53,112 nucleotides of DNA from a virus. Taxonomy: Duplodnaviria > Caudoviricetes. This document shows, piece after piece, positions 1 through 8,941 of this stretch; the first letter of the stretch is position 1, and each line of letters starts with the position of its first letter. The stretch is taken from positions 1-53,112 of IMG/VR virus record IMGVR_UViG_3300016667_000843; one strand, written 5' to 3'. The notes under the pieces were generated by a model. The model saw only the letters and a list, made by a program, of their open reading frames with translations, was not told the DNA's origin and did no database searches. The position numbers and the translations under genes were made by a program.

Positions 1-483
1 CCACCAGATCGTCAAGTTAAGGCGATGTTGAACTTGTGGAAGAACTATGGCTCTGAATATGTTAAGAGCTTATATGCTGAAAAATGTAAAAGTTGCAGTT
101 CAACTGCTGGAGATACGGCAAAGCAGCTTGTAGATGTGTGGGATGCAAATAAGATTCCTGTAGCTGGCGGAGTTCCGGAAAATATAGTTCAGCAATCAAT
201 GCAAATCATTGGCAGTCAGCCGCTATCTGCCCATCAAAATGGTGATGCTTTAGATTATGGAACCAGAACAAATCCTGGCGATAATATTAAAAGAATGGTT
301 GATTATATAGGCGATAACAACTATGCAACATATGAGTTAATTGATGAAACTCAAGGTGCTGCACCTCATTGGCATATAAGTGTTTATTCTATAACTCCGC
401 AAGGAATGAAATTTTTGCAAACGCCAAATAAACAGATTAACGAAGTCAATGTTTCCAGACTTTTATCTTATCTACTTTCATAA
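1..483 (+). CDS. Peptidase M15-like zinc peptidase (possible endolysin/cell-wall peptidase), 5'-truncated by the window edge
   Basis: The frame is open from base 1 (PPDRQVKAM...). SAHQNGDALD (SxH-x6-D) and PHWHIS (HxH) match the M15/LAS zinc-ligand pattern. Confidence 0.6.
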   Translation, partial: PPDRQVKAMLNLWKNYGSEYVKSLYAEKCKSCSSTAGDTAKQLVDVWDANKIPVAGGVPENIVQQSMQIIGSQPLSAHQNGDALDYGTRTNPGDNIKRMVDYIGDNNYATYELIDETQGAAPHWHISVYSITPQGMKFLQTPNKQINEVNVSRLLSYLLS

Positions 484-490
484 TATCTTC

Positions 491-784
491 ATGGAAAAGA
501 AGATAGAAAGTTTACATGACGGCAAGATTGTAGTTGTTAAGCCAACTGATACAAGCAATATAGTTCCCCTGTTTTGTCAGCTCTGTTGTTATTCAATGAA
601 AACAATTGAGGATAGTATTTCTTATCGTAAAATAGGAGTATGTTCTCATTGCGATTTAAGATGGACAGGTGACAAAAGGATTGAATGGTTATCAGAAAAA
701 TATCCAAACAAGGATTGGGAAGAGTGGGCTGAATATATACAAATAAGAGCAGTTAGTGCTTGTTCAACAGTACGTTTCTATTGA
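491..784 (+). CDS. Hypothetical protein with two CxxC pairs
   Basis: ATG at 491; CQLC and CSHC; tightly packed in the operon. Confidence 0.55.
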   Translation: MEKKIESLHDGKIVVVKPTDTSNIVPLFCQLCCYSMKTIEDSISYRKIGVCSHCDLRWTGDKRIEWLSEKYPNKDWEEWAEYIQIRAVSACSTVRFY

Positions 785-815
785 AAGGACTCTAATTAGC
801 AAAAGAGGCAAAAAT

Positions 816-1226
816 ATGCTTGTTAAAGATTATCAAAAGTTCATTAACCTTTCAAAGCTCTTGAATACCAGCTTTGGCGCAGATACCAGCAATTACAATC
901 GTGTTTATCAAACTCAATCTGTTAAGTTTGATTTGTTAGATGAAGGTGCTCTTAAAATCCGTTATCTCTGCATCGTTAACTTTGGTTCCGATACAATGAT
1001 GCGTGAACTTATGCGACGCTACAGAGACGAAGCAACAAGTTTTATTGAAGCGGCTCTTAAACAACTAAAAGAACAATACAAGGAAAAGTATCCTGGTTTA
1101 CCGGTTCCAAACTTTACTCTTCAAGAAGAAACAGTTGGAGAAGATATAGAATATATCTCGTATTATAACTATACTGGTAATCGTAAGGCATATTATCGTT
1201 TTGGTTGCCTTGTAGAAATTGACTGA
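816..1226 (+). CDS. Hypothetical protein
   Basis: ATG at 816 preceded by GAGG and a TAATTA motif. Confidence 0.6.
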   Translation: MLVKDYQKFINLSKLLNTSFGADTSNYNRVYQTQSVKFDLLDEGALKIRYLCIVNFGSDTMMRELMRRYRDEATSFIEAALKQLKEQYKEKYPGLPVPNFTLQEETVGEDIEYISYYNYTGNRKAYYRFGCLVEID

Positions 1227-1227
1227 T

Positions 1228-1737
1228 ATGAATTGGTATGTTTGGTTACTTTGGATATTAGAAATACCATTGGCTTGGTTTCTATGGACTGCCTTACATG
1301 AAACATCTCATGTTATTGCTGCACATAGTTTTGCTAAACTAACAGATATTAAATGGTGGCTATATCCGCACCGAGATGAAGCCGGAAACTTTTATTTTGC
1401 AAAAGTTCAATGGAACTGGAACGCAGAACCGGCATCTCCAATACATAATGCAATCATATATCTCGCTCCCAGAGTAATGGACATTCTGGCTGCTATAGCC
1501 CTTCCATTTGCCGTTTTATTTTCTGTCCCTTGGATGATTGCATGGATTATATTTTGGGGATCCGGAATAGTTGATTTCATAGTCGGCTCATTAGGTATTT
1601 CAGAATATTCTGATTTAAAAAGGGCTGCAACACATTTGACCATAGATCCAAACATAATAAGAATTATTGGATTTGCAATCATATCAATATCCATAGTTCT
1701 ATGTTTTGCATTAATAGGTTTCAAATATGCCAGCTAA
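1228..1737 (+). CDS. Membrane protein with HExxH motif (M50/zincin-like membrane metalloprotease)
   Basis: ALHETSH lies in a hydrophobic segment; several TM helices; later AP and SD motifs. Confidence 0.6.
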   Translation: MNWYVWLLWILEIPLAWFLWTALHETSHVIAAHSFAKLTDIKWWLYPHRDEAGNFYFAKVQWNWNAEPASPIHNAIIYLAPRVMDILAAIALPFAVLFSVPWMIAWIIFWGSGIVDFIVGSLGISEYSDLKRAATHLTIDPNIIRIIGFAIISISIVLCFALIGFKYAS

Positions 1738-3463
1738 AAAGAATTTGACTTTAGGAACTGTTCCAAATCGTGCCGCACAAATGAAAGAAATCATGCGCTG
1801 TGGAACAGATGCATCCTATTTCATTTCAAAATACGTTAAAATCTCCCATCCAGTTAAGGGTCCAATACCATTTGAAACATTCCCTTATCAGGATAACTGC
1901 TTAAGAGCATTCCAAAAACATCGCTTCGTTATTACAAATAAAAGCCGTCAGTTAGGTCTTTCTACCTTATCTGCGGCTTATTCGCTTTGGATGGCTCTAT
2001 TCCAGCGTGAAAAAAATATTCTTGTTATCGCTACCCGTCTTGAAGTTGCAAAGAATTTCATTAAGAAGGTAAACGGAATGTATGATAACTTGCCAAAATG
2101 GCTTGTAATGCCTCAAATTAAAGCCCGTTCCGTTCGTTATCTTGAATTCTCTAATGGATCTAAAGTTCAAGCTGTTCCAACTGGCACCGATGCCGGTCGT
2201 TCTGAAGCTCTATCTTTGCTAATCATTGACGAAGCTGCCCACGTTGATGGTATTGATGAATTATGGCTTGGTTTGTGGCCTACTCTATCTACCGGTGGTA
2301 ATGCTATTCTAATCTCTTCTCCATCTGGCGTAGGAACCTTATTCCATAAGATTTGGGTTGGCGCTAAAGAAGGCGAAGACGGAGAAGGAAATCCAAATCC
2401 CGGCAAAGGACAAAACAACTTCTATCGTATTGAACTTCCTTGGACAGTTCATCCAGAAAGAGACAAGGATTGGTTTGAAGCCCAGAGAGCAGAGATTTTA
2501 CCAGCCAAAGGTGAGCGGGGCGTAGCACAAGAACTTTTGTGCAGCTTTGCTGCTTCTGGCGAAAACTTCTTATCTGGTGATGTTATAGAAGATATGGAAC
2601 ATCAAATAAAAGTTCCTGTCGCCACATATGGTGACAGAGGCGACGTATGGATTTGGAAATATGCTGAACCAAATCACAAATACATTATCTCTGCTGACGT
2701 ATCCCGTGGCGACGCAGATGATTATTCAACTATACACGTTATTGACACAAATAGCGATGAAGTTGTTTGCGAATATCAAGGTAAATGTCCGCCAGAAAAA
2801 CTTGCTGAACTTATGATGGACCTGGGCTTCAAATATAATCAAGCTCTCCTATGCCCAGAGTTAAACTCATTCGGTCTTATCGTTGCTACTGACATTAAGA
2901 AGGCACAATATCCAAACATATATTATGAGCGTATTCATCGTAGCAATGCCTATATGGCGTATACAACAGCAGATATTGCAAATGATCTTCCTGGATTTAC
3001 AACCGGTCCAAAGAACCGTGATGAAATTCTTGCAAAGCTTGAAACCGTAATAAGAACTCGGCGTCTTAAAATATATTCATCCAGAACCGTAGAAGAATTT
3101 AAAACATTCGTCTGGAAGAATAATAAAGCGCAGGCAATGAAAAGCTATAATGATGATTTGATTATGGCTTTAGCTATTGGAAATTCTCTATATGAAGCTG
3201 CTGGCGTTAATGCTTGGGATGATAAAGCAGTCACAATGGCAATGATAGCTGGAATGAGTAAAACAAATACTACTATGAATGGAATTGGAAGTCAATTTGG
3301 AGAACAAAATAAATATATGCCTCCAATTATGACTTCAGATGGTGTAAAAGAACACGCACAGTTCCAAGATATGAAAAATAGGCACGATGCACATAAACAT
3401 GGTGCCGGAGGTCAAGATTTCAGAAATCCTTATTGGAAACAATGGGAATGGGTTATAAAATAG
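1727..3463 (+). CDS. terL: Terminase large subunit (T4 gp17-like)
   Basis: YQ adenine-binding motif, Walker A KSRQLGLS, Walker B LLIIDEAAH, coupling motif ISSPSG, nuclease ADVSRGDADDYS and NDDLIMALA. Confidence 0.96.
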   Translation: MPAKKNLTLGTVPNRAAQMKEIMRCGTDASYFISKYVKISHPVKGPIPFETFPYQDNCLRAFQKHRFVITNKSRQLGLSTLSAAYSLWMALFQREKNILVIATRLEVAKNFIKKVNGMYDNLPKWLVMPQIKARSVRYLEFSNGSKVQAVPTGTDAGRSEALSLLIIDEAAHVDGIDELWLGLWPTLSTGGNAILISSPSGVGTLFHKIWVGAKEGEDGEGNPNPGKGQNNFYRIELPWTVHPERDKDWFEAQRAEILPAKGERGVAQELLCSFAASGENFLSGDVIEDMEHQIKVPVATYGDRGDVWIWKYAEPNHKYIISADVSRGDADDYSTIHVIDTNSDEVVCEYQGKCPPEKLAELMMDLGFKYNQALLCPELNSFGLIVATDIKKAQYPNIYYERIHRSNAYMAYTTADIANDLPGFTTGPKNRDEILAKLETVIRTRRLKIYSSRTVEEFKTFVWKNNKAQAMKSYNDDLIMALAIGNSLYEAAGVNAWDDKAVTMAMIAGMSKTNTTMNGIGSQFGEQNKYMPPIMTSDGVKEHAQFQDMKNRHDAHKHGAGGQDFRNPYWKQWEWVIK

Positions 3464-3489
3464 AGAAAAACTGCCACCTGTTTTATTGG

Positions 3490-3524
3490 TTTAAAATAAC
3501 TTTATAATAGGTTATTATACCTCT
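3490..3524 (+). promoter_or_regulatory. Sigma70-like early promoter, leaderless arrangement
   Basis: TTTAAA-17nt-TATTAT-6nt-ATG(3525). Confidence 0.6.
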
Positions 3525-3965
3525 ATGCACAGATATCTACGCCTTGCAATGCAGTATGCCAACGAGAAGCAGTATAGTAATCAGATTGATTACCATCTTT
3601 GCGCTATTATTGTTCGTGGCGGATCTGTAATTTCAGTAGGTTTCAATAAGCATAATACTAATGCTTTTGTTGAGCATTATGCTGACATTGCTCGTGGTAG
3701 GGGCAGGGATTTTTGTCTCTCAACCCACGCCGAGCAGGACGCTATTCTCAAGGCACGCAACAAGGTTGATCTGCGTGGTTGTAAGATTTTTGTTGCTCGT
3801 CGTCTACGGCTTAATGGAAAGCCTGGAATGGCTCGCCCGTGCCCGATCTGCGAGAATGCTTTGAACAGTTATGGAATTCGTAAGGCATACTATACGATTA
3901 ATGAGCACCAGTTTGGCAAGATGATCATTAAGCCTAATGGTGATACTACGGATATTGTTTACTGA
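3525..3965 (+). CDS. Cytidine/dCMP deaminase-family zinc protein
   Basis: HAE ... PCPIC zinc-binding motifs. Confidence 0.85.
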   Translation: MHRYLRLAMQYANEKQYSNQIDYHLCAIIVRGGSVISVGFNKHNTNAFVEHYADIARGRGRDFCLSTHAEQDAILKARNKVDLRGCKIFVARRLRLNGKPGMARPCPICENALNSYGIRKAYYTINEHQFGKMIIKPNGDTTDIVY

Positions 3966-4432
3966 TGTTACATTGGTTCAGAAAGAAGGAACATACTTGT
4001 CAGCTTTGTTTTCGTGATAAGCGAAAGACAAATGCTGCTCCTCAATTTTCTGAACATATCTGTTGGGAGTGTTGGAACTCGGAAAGATTAAGGCTACGTT
4101 CTAACAATCGTTCCAAAAGAAATAAAAGATACCCTACTGGTCGCATTTCTACACGTCAATGGTTGACGGTATTAGAAGCCTCCAAGTGGGGTTGTGTTGT
4201 TTGTGGCACCCGAGGTCGCCATAAGCTGACTCTTGATCACATTCAACCCATTAATGCTGGGGGTACTAACACGCATGACAATATTCAGCCGCTTTGTGTG
4301 CCTTGTCACGAAAAGAAGGATGGATACCAACGCAGACCATTGTGGTGGGTCCGCAGAATATTGCGAAAGTGGCGCAGATTTGTATGGCGCAAATGTGGCA
4401 TTTCGCTACAAAAAATAAGGGTTTTAGAATAA
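3965..4432 (+). CDS. HNH endonuclease
   Basis: CVVC..LTLDHIQPINAGGTN...NIQPLCVPCH. Confidence 0.9.
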   Translation: MLHWFRKKEHTCQLCFRDKRKTNAAPQFSEHICWECWNSERLRLRSNNRSKRNKRYPTGRISTRQWLTVLEASKWGCVVCGTRGRHKLTLDHIQPINAGGTNTHDNIQPLCVPCHEKKDGYQRRPLWWVRRILRKWRRFVWRKCGISLQKIRVLE

Positions 4433-4523
4433 TTTTATATTAACGGATTGGCACTACTTATTCCAAGAATGATATCGTTACGTAACTTTATGTCACGATA
4501 TTACAAATGGTGTCAGCAGTATT

Positions 4524-4898
4524 ATGCCAAGAAAAAAAGTAGACTATAAAATTCCATTCATCAAGGAGAATGATAAAATAAATAATCTTCCAGCCGGGAG
4601 TGTGCCTCACCAAATTGGTCTTTATGAAATGCGTAAACCTAATTGGGAGCAGAAATATGACTGGCGTGAGAATGTTAAATTTGATGCCAACCTAAAGTTT
4701 ATCAATATGTATTATGGTGGTAAGATACTTTGGGAAGACACGGAAACGGGAGCAAGATACTGGATGAACCAGAGTGGTCTTGCCGCTGTATTAAAATCTA
4801 AATCAGTAGTTTATGGAACTGTATTGGGAACATGGATCTTCAAGAAACATGGAACCACTTATAGTATTTTTCCATACATGGAAAAGAGAAGGGGATAA
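4524..4898 (+). CDS. Hypothetical protein
   Basis: 124-aa ORF whose stop codon overlaps the tmRNA 5' end. Confidence 0.6.
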   Translation: MPRKKVDYKIPFIKENDKINNLPAGSVPHQIGLYEMRKPNWEQKYDWRENVKFDANLKFINMYYGGKILWEDTETGARYWMNQSGLAAVLKSKSVVYGTVLGTWIFKKHGTTYSIFPYMEKRRG

Positions 4899-5244
4899 AT
4901 TTGGTTTCGACAGGGGAGTTGAAGATTGATTTGCATAGCAGCGGGCGTTTATGACCGCTTAAAACCGTAAACAACAGTAAGTGCAAACGATAGCTCTTAC
5001 GCTCTTGCTGCTTGAAAGCAAGCGATTTAAAAGATACGCCGTTTGAGGATCCTTAAATCGTCATTAAACAAACTCGACCTTGTAGGGATAGTTCCTACTG
5101 CCAAGGTTTAAATTTTGGAACCATATCATACACAACCTGCTCTTTGGTCAAGTATATGATGGGTAATAAATAAAAGAGCTATGCCATGTGACAACAGATC
5201 TTTTGGATCTCTTCTGGACTCGGGTTCAACTCCCGATATCTCCA
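4891..5244 (+). ncRNA. ssrA: tmRNA; tag (A)ANDSSYALAA
   Basis: 5' GGGGATA pairs with 3' TATCTCC-A including G3.U70; 5' GGTTTCGAC motif; T-arm TCGGG-TTCAACT-CCCGA; tag ORF 4983-5015 GCA AAC GAT AGC TCT TAC GCT CTT GCT GCT TGA. Confidence 0.95.
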
Positions 5245-5247
5245 TTT

Positions 5248-5309
5248 CCCTTAAAAATAAGGGTTTTTATTTACTTGAAATATCAAAATATTTGTGTTAT
5301 TCTATTAGC
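5248..5309 (+). promoter_or_regulatory. CCCTTA-N4-TAAGGG palindrome plus leaderless sigma70-like promoter
   Basis: Palindrome at 5248-5263; TTGAAA(5275)-17nt-TATTCT-6nt-ATG(5310). Confidence 0.65.
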
Positions 5310-5786
5310 ATGAATAAGATCGAAACCATTGATCAGTTTGCAAGCGTTCTCACCGATAATCTCGCTGCGCTCCGTGAGATCGGTGATGTGTCTCTTCCGT
5401 GCCCTGCACCGCAGCCGTGGAGTAATGTCAATTTTATCCGTGGTTTCTCTGCTCCCAAGGTCGGCGCACGTCGTCCTGACTGGAAGTTTTCCTCTAATCC
5501 TTCCTATGCCCGTGATTCGTCGGATTTGAGTATTAATCGCTTTGTCGGAATTCAGATTACTGTGATTGTTGCTGACGCCACCATGTATGGTGCATCGAAG
5601 ACTGTCATGGTGTCCACTCCGGAGGAGATTGTTTCTGGGCTTGCTACTCTGGATGCCTTCCGTAGCGAGCGGCTTAATAGTTGCCGTCACTTCAATCATC
5701 GTTTTGTCGCTAACCTTGGTCGTTCCTATAATCGTTATGAGTGCAAGGATTGTGGCGTGAAGTTTGAGATTGATAGCGGTGACTGA
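5310..5786 (+). CDS. Hypothetical early protein with C-terminal zinc-ribbon-like motif
   Basis: ATG at 5310 behind the promoter; C-x-H...CKDC; GC-richer codons. The longer ORF-track start lies inside the tmRNA. Confidence 0.65.
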   Translation: MNKIETIDQFASVLTDNLAALREIGDVSLPCPAPQPWSNVNFIRGFSAPKVGARRPDWKFSSNPSYARDSSDLSINRFVGIQITVIVADATMYGASKTVMVSTPEEIVSGLATLDAFRSERLNSCRHFNHRFVANLGRSYNRYECKDCGVKFEIDSGD

Positions 5787-5787
5787 T

Positions 5788-5868
5788 ATGGGATTTTTTC
5801 TTATCTTCGGTTCATTTACGTTTTTCGGAATTGTTTTGGAGATTGTGAAGTATGACTTTCGCCGCTGA
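5788..5868 (+). CDS. Small hydrophobic peptide (26 aa, MGFFLIFGSFTFFGIVLEIVKYDFRR)
   Basis: TGA-T-ATG coupling to the upstream gene; one TM segment; fills the gap between genes. Confidence 0.4.
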   Translation: MGFFLIFGSFTFFGIVLEIVKYDFRR

Positions 5869-6295
5869 TTATCCTGGCTCGCTGGAAGAGGTCATTAAGG
5901 ACGTTAAGTATAAGACCGAAACCCTTGATGCTCTAAACCGTTTCAAGCGTTCTAATCCGTGGCGTGGTGCTCTGCCTCTTCGTATGGCAAAGTTCCAGCG
6001 TCTACATAATGATCTTTGCGAGATTTACGGGGTTGATTATCAGCTTCGTTTTGATCCAAGCGTTATGCTTAATGAGGGTAGCGGTAGGTCTAACGTTAGT
6101 TTTGTTTCTCACACTATTACGCTTCATGGGAAGCTTTCGGTTCTAACTTTTCTACACGAATGGGGTCATGTTCTTAAGGGATCAAGCGAGCGGCAAGCGT
6201 GCATTTGGAGCGTTAATCTTTTTCGTAGAGTGTTTCCCGATAATTTTAATCGTTTGCGGGATAATGCAAGGGGTCATTTCCTTACTGCTGGCTGA
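5852..6295 (+). CDS. Zincin-like metallopeptidase domain protein
   Basis: LTFLHEWGH (HExxH) followed by a downstream E. Confidence 0.6.
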   Translation: MTFAADYPGSLEEVIKDVKYKTETLDALNRFKRSNPWRGALPLRMAKFQRLHNDLCEIYGVDYQLRFDPSVMLNEGSGRSNVSFVSHTITLHGKLSVLTFLHEWGHVLKGSSERQACIWSVNLFRRVFPDNFNRLRDNARGHFLTAG

Positions 6296-6318
6296 ATAAA
6301 AAGTTTATAATCTAAACG

Positions 6319-6346
6319 GACCCTGCTATGCTTGTAGCAGGGTTTT
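6319..6346 (+). terminator. Intrinsic terminator-like hairpin
   Basis: GACCCTGCTA/TAGCAGGGTT stem followed by a short T tract. Confidence 0.55.
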
Positions 6347-6362
6347 AACGTTTTAAGGACAT

Positions 6363-7676
6363 ATGTTTTCTAATACACAAGATCAATCATTCGCCCGTCA
6401 TATTCCAAGCTATTTGGATGGAACTCCTGTTCATATTATTGGCAGGGTTCTTTCTTATCGTAAGATGGGCGGCGTTGCTTTCGGTCATATCTCCGATAAT
6501 AGCGATGCAAAGATCCAGTTTGCTTTCAATAAGAAGATGATGGATGAAGCCAACTTTAAGGAATGGTCTGTTATCCCGCATATTGGAGATATTGTTGCCG
6601 TTATTGGTGAGGTATGGACTACCTCTACCGGAGAAAAGACTGTATTGGTCAATAAGGGCTTCCAGAGGCTCCAGAAGGCTTCTGTAGGCTTCCCTGACAA
6701 GTGGCATGGCATGACAGATCCAGAGCTTGTAAGGCGCAAGAGGTGGCTGGAATGCGCTACCAATCCAGAGAGCCGCAAGCTATATCGGAATAGGAGCAAG
6801 CTAATCAATATTATTCGCAACTTCCTTGATGAACAAGATTTCATGGAAGTTGAAACTCCGACACTTACTCCGCAAGCAAGTGGTGCTTTGGCTCGTCCAT
6901 TCGTAACCCATCATAATGCTCTTGATGCGGATTTTTATCTTCGTATTGCGCCCGAGACTTATCTTAAGCGTATGACTGCTGCTGGATTTGATCGTGTATT
7001 TGAGATTGGCAAGCAGTTCCGTAATGAAGGTATTGACCCTTCCCATCTACAGGAGTTTACTTCTCTTGAGTGGTATGCATCATATTGGGATTATTGCGAT
7101 AACATGAAGCTTTTCCGAAATATGCTTTATTATCTTTGGAAGAACTTTGATAGAACAGAAAAGGATATCCTCGCCAAGCTTGAAAGTTGGGCACAAGCAC
7201 CAGTTGTAGAATATCGTCAACTATTCATGGAGCATACTGGACGTAATCCGGATGATATGAGTGCAAAGGAAGCGGATCTATTGTTTAAGACGGCAGTTCG
7301 TCCAAAGCTTATTGATCCAGTATTCATCACAGATTATCCGGCTCATATGTCGCCAATGGCTGCAAGGCATCCCCATGACCCTAATACGGTTCAGCAATGG
7401 CAGTTCATTGTAGACGGGTGGGAGTTGGTTAAGTGTTATACGGAGCTTACTGATCCTGTTCTACAGCGTCAGCTACTTGAGCAGCAGATGCAAGAGCGAG
7501 CGAATGGTGATGATGAAGCCATGATGATTGAGGAAGATTTCCTTGAATGCATGGAGCATGGTATGCCTCCGCAGAGTGGTTGTGGCGTTGGAATTGATCG
7601 TTTGGTATCTCTTCTATGTGGCGTTCCGAACCTACGTGATGTAGTATTCTTCCCTACACTAAAGGCAAATAGCTGA
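6363..7676 (+). CDS. lysS: Lysyl-tRNA synthetase, class II (compact form)
   Basis: OB-fold anticodon domain; FMEVETP, GALARPF, YLRIAPE, FRNEGID, HLQEFT and GMPP..GCGVGIDRL motifs. Confidence 0.95.
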   Translation: MFSNTQDQSFARHIPSYLDGTPVHIIGRVLSYRKMGGVAFGHISDNSDAKIQFAFNKKMMDEANFKEWSVIPHIGDIVAVIGEVWTTSTGEKTVLVNKGFQRLQKASVGFPDKWHGMTDPELVRRKRWLECATNPESRKLYRNRSKLINIIRNFLDEQDFMEVETPTLTPQASGALARPFVTHHNALDADFYLRIAPETYLKRMTAAGFDRVFEIGKQFRNEGIDPSHLQEFTSLEWYASYWDYCDNMKLFRNMLYYLWKNFDRTEKDILAKLESWAQAPVVEYRQLFMEHTGRNPDDMSAKEADLLFKTAVRPKLIDPVFITDYPAHMSPMAARHPHDPNTVQQWQFIVDGWELVKCYTELTDPVLQRQLLEQQMQERANGDDEAMMIEEDFLECMEHGMPPQSGCGVGIDRLVSLLCGVPNLRDVVFFPTLKANS

Positions 7677-7714
7677 TGATGGGATATACTTAAATTTAAC
7701 CAACAAACGGCAGG

Positions 7715-7756
7715 AAGCGGGCTAACCCTTAAAAGTAGCCTGTTTTTTGCTTTTTT
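7715..7756 (+). terminator. Intrinsic terminator-like hairpin
   Basis: GCGGGCTA...TAGCCTGT stem followed by T tracts. Confidence 0.5.
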
Positions 7757-7769
7757 AGGAGAAAAGAAT

Positions 7770-8423
7770 ATGAGAAAATTATTTTATCCCCTCATAGCTT
7801 TGTTAGTTCTTACAGGTGCAACTTCAATGCACGATCCAAATAATGTAAGACCACCGAGCGAAATGCTAAACCCAACAACGGTTTCATGCATGGATAACTC
7901 AAATGACGTAAGCTATGATCCAAGTTTAGAAGCAATAACACCAGAACCAGAACCAGAGATAATACCAAGGAGAGATATACAACTGGCTCTTGCACGTATC
8001 TGTGTTAGCGAATCCGGATTTCAAGTTAGAACAAATGATTGTAACATGATTTATCATGCGCTTCGCACACGCAGCAGCACTGGTGATATAACCATGGGCA
8101 TTATGAGAGCCTATGCGCCATTATCTTTCAATCTTAATAGAACAGACAACCACAGATGGGTTGCTCACCTACGTTCAGATTTCAGAGAACCTAAAGGATG
8201 GTCAGAAGTGATCAGATTACCTTGGTCTACAAGAAGAGAAGGTTTCCGACAAGTTTATGAGCACGTTGGAATGTTATTAAGAACCAGACCAGAAAACCCA
8301 TGTGGTATCCGCATAGACCATTGGGGAGCCAGATATTTCCGTAGAAATACTCTTTTAAGAAGAGGCTGGACACCTATAGAATGCGGCGAAACTTTAAATC
8401 AATTCTGGAGTATGCCTGACTGA
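7770..8423 (+). CDS. Secreted protein, possible SleB-like cell-wall hydrolase
   Basis: Signal peptide; PEPEPE linker; D..LALARICVSESG resembles the SleB catalytic-Glu helix. Confidence 0.45.
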   Translation: MRKLFYPLIALLVLTGATSMHDPNNVRPPSEMLNPTTVSCMDNSNDVSYDPSLEAITPEPEPEIIPRRDIQLALARICVSESGFQVRTNDCNMIYHALRTRSSTGDITMGIMRAYAPLSFNLNRTDNHRWVAHLRSDFREPKGWSEVIRLPWSTRREGFRQVYEHVGMLLRTRPENPCGIRIDHWGARYFRRNTLLRRGWTPIECGETLNQFWSMPD

Positions 8424-8496
8424 TTAAGTTTTAATGATGATTGAATAAAATTGAGTTTACATTTCTGAAACTACTTGTTATATTTAATCATCACCT

Positions 8497-8568
8497 GGCT
8501 CCATCGTCTAACGGTTAGGACTCAGCCCTTTCACGGCTGCTACCGGGGTTCAAATCCCCGTGGAGTCA
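8497..8568 (+). tRNA. tRNA-Glu(UUC)
   Basis: GGCTCCA/TGGAGTC acceptor; CAGCC-CTTTCAC-GGCTG anticodon arm; GGTTCAAATCC T-arm; no encoded CCA. Confidence 0.95.
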
Positions 8569-8727
8569 ATGTTGTATCTCTTATCAACGCTTCTTATGTT
8601 TATAACCTTTCCATTCGCTTGGGGAGGTTATTTTCTTGTTAAGTCCAAATATTCATGGATCCGATGGTTAGGATTTTTTATGCTTTATCCTTTTTGCATT
8701 GTTTCCATGTTTGGATTTGAAGACTGA
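8569..8727 (+). CDS. Small two-TM membrane protein (52 aa), not in the ORF track
   Basis: MLYLLSTLLMFITFPFAWGGYFLVKSKYSWIRWLGFFMLYPFCIVSMFGFED; ATG directly follows the tRNA discriminator base. Confidence 0.5.
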   Translation: MLYLLSTLLMFITFPFAWGGYFLVKSKYSWIRWLGFFMLYPFCIVSMFGFED

Positions 8728-8732
8728 TTTTA

Positions 8733-8783
8733 TAAGGGAAAATATTAGTTTAAATTTGTTTGCGGTTATGATATATTGATGAT
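8733..8783 (+). promoter_or_regulatory. TAAGGG half-site plus leaderless sigma70-like promoter
   Basis: TAAGGG-10nt-TTTAAA(8749)-17nt-TATATT-6nt-ATG(8784). Confidence 0.6.
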
Positions 8784-8936
8784 ATGTCTAACAAGCGTAA
8801 GCAGAATGAGCCGAAGCGCCGCTCCGCTATCACGGAGTTTATGCTTTTCAATCTTAAGGGTGGGACGATGCGTGATCGTCGGTTCCGCCGTGAGAAGGCA
8901 AAGAAGCACGAATATCGCAATTCCGATAACTGGTGA
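8784..8936 (+). CDS. Small basic protein (50 aa), possibly ArfA-like; not in the ORF track
   Basis: MSNKRKQNEPKRRSAITEFMLFNLKGGTMRDRRFRREKAKKHEYRNSDNW; begins exactly at a leaderless promoter; early-type codon usage. Confidence 0.6.
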   Translation: MSNKRKQNEPKRRSAITEFMLFNLKGGTMRDRRFRREKAKKHEYRNSDNW

Positions 8937-8941
8937 TCCAT

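Noticed and set aside
1727-3463. Intein or intron in the terminase
   Set aside because: Motif spacing is normal, with no C...HN splice junctions or LAGLIDADG blocks.
5181-5309. N-terminal extension of the 201-aa ORF in the track
   Set aside because: It overlaps the tmRNA 3' end and the promoter; the true start is probably ATG 5310.
6363-7676. EpmA (EF-P lysyl ligase)
   Set aside because: The N-terminal OB-fold anticodon-binding domain is present, and EpmA lacks it.
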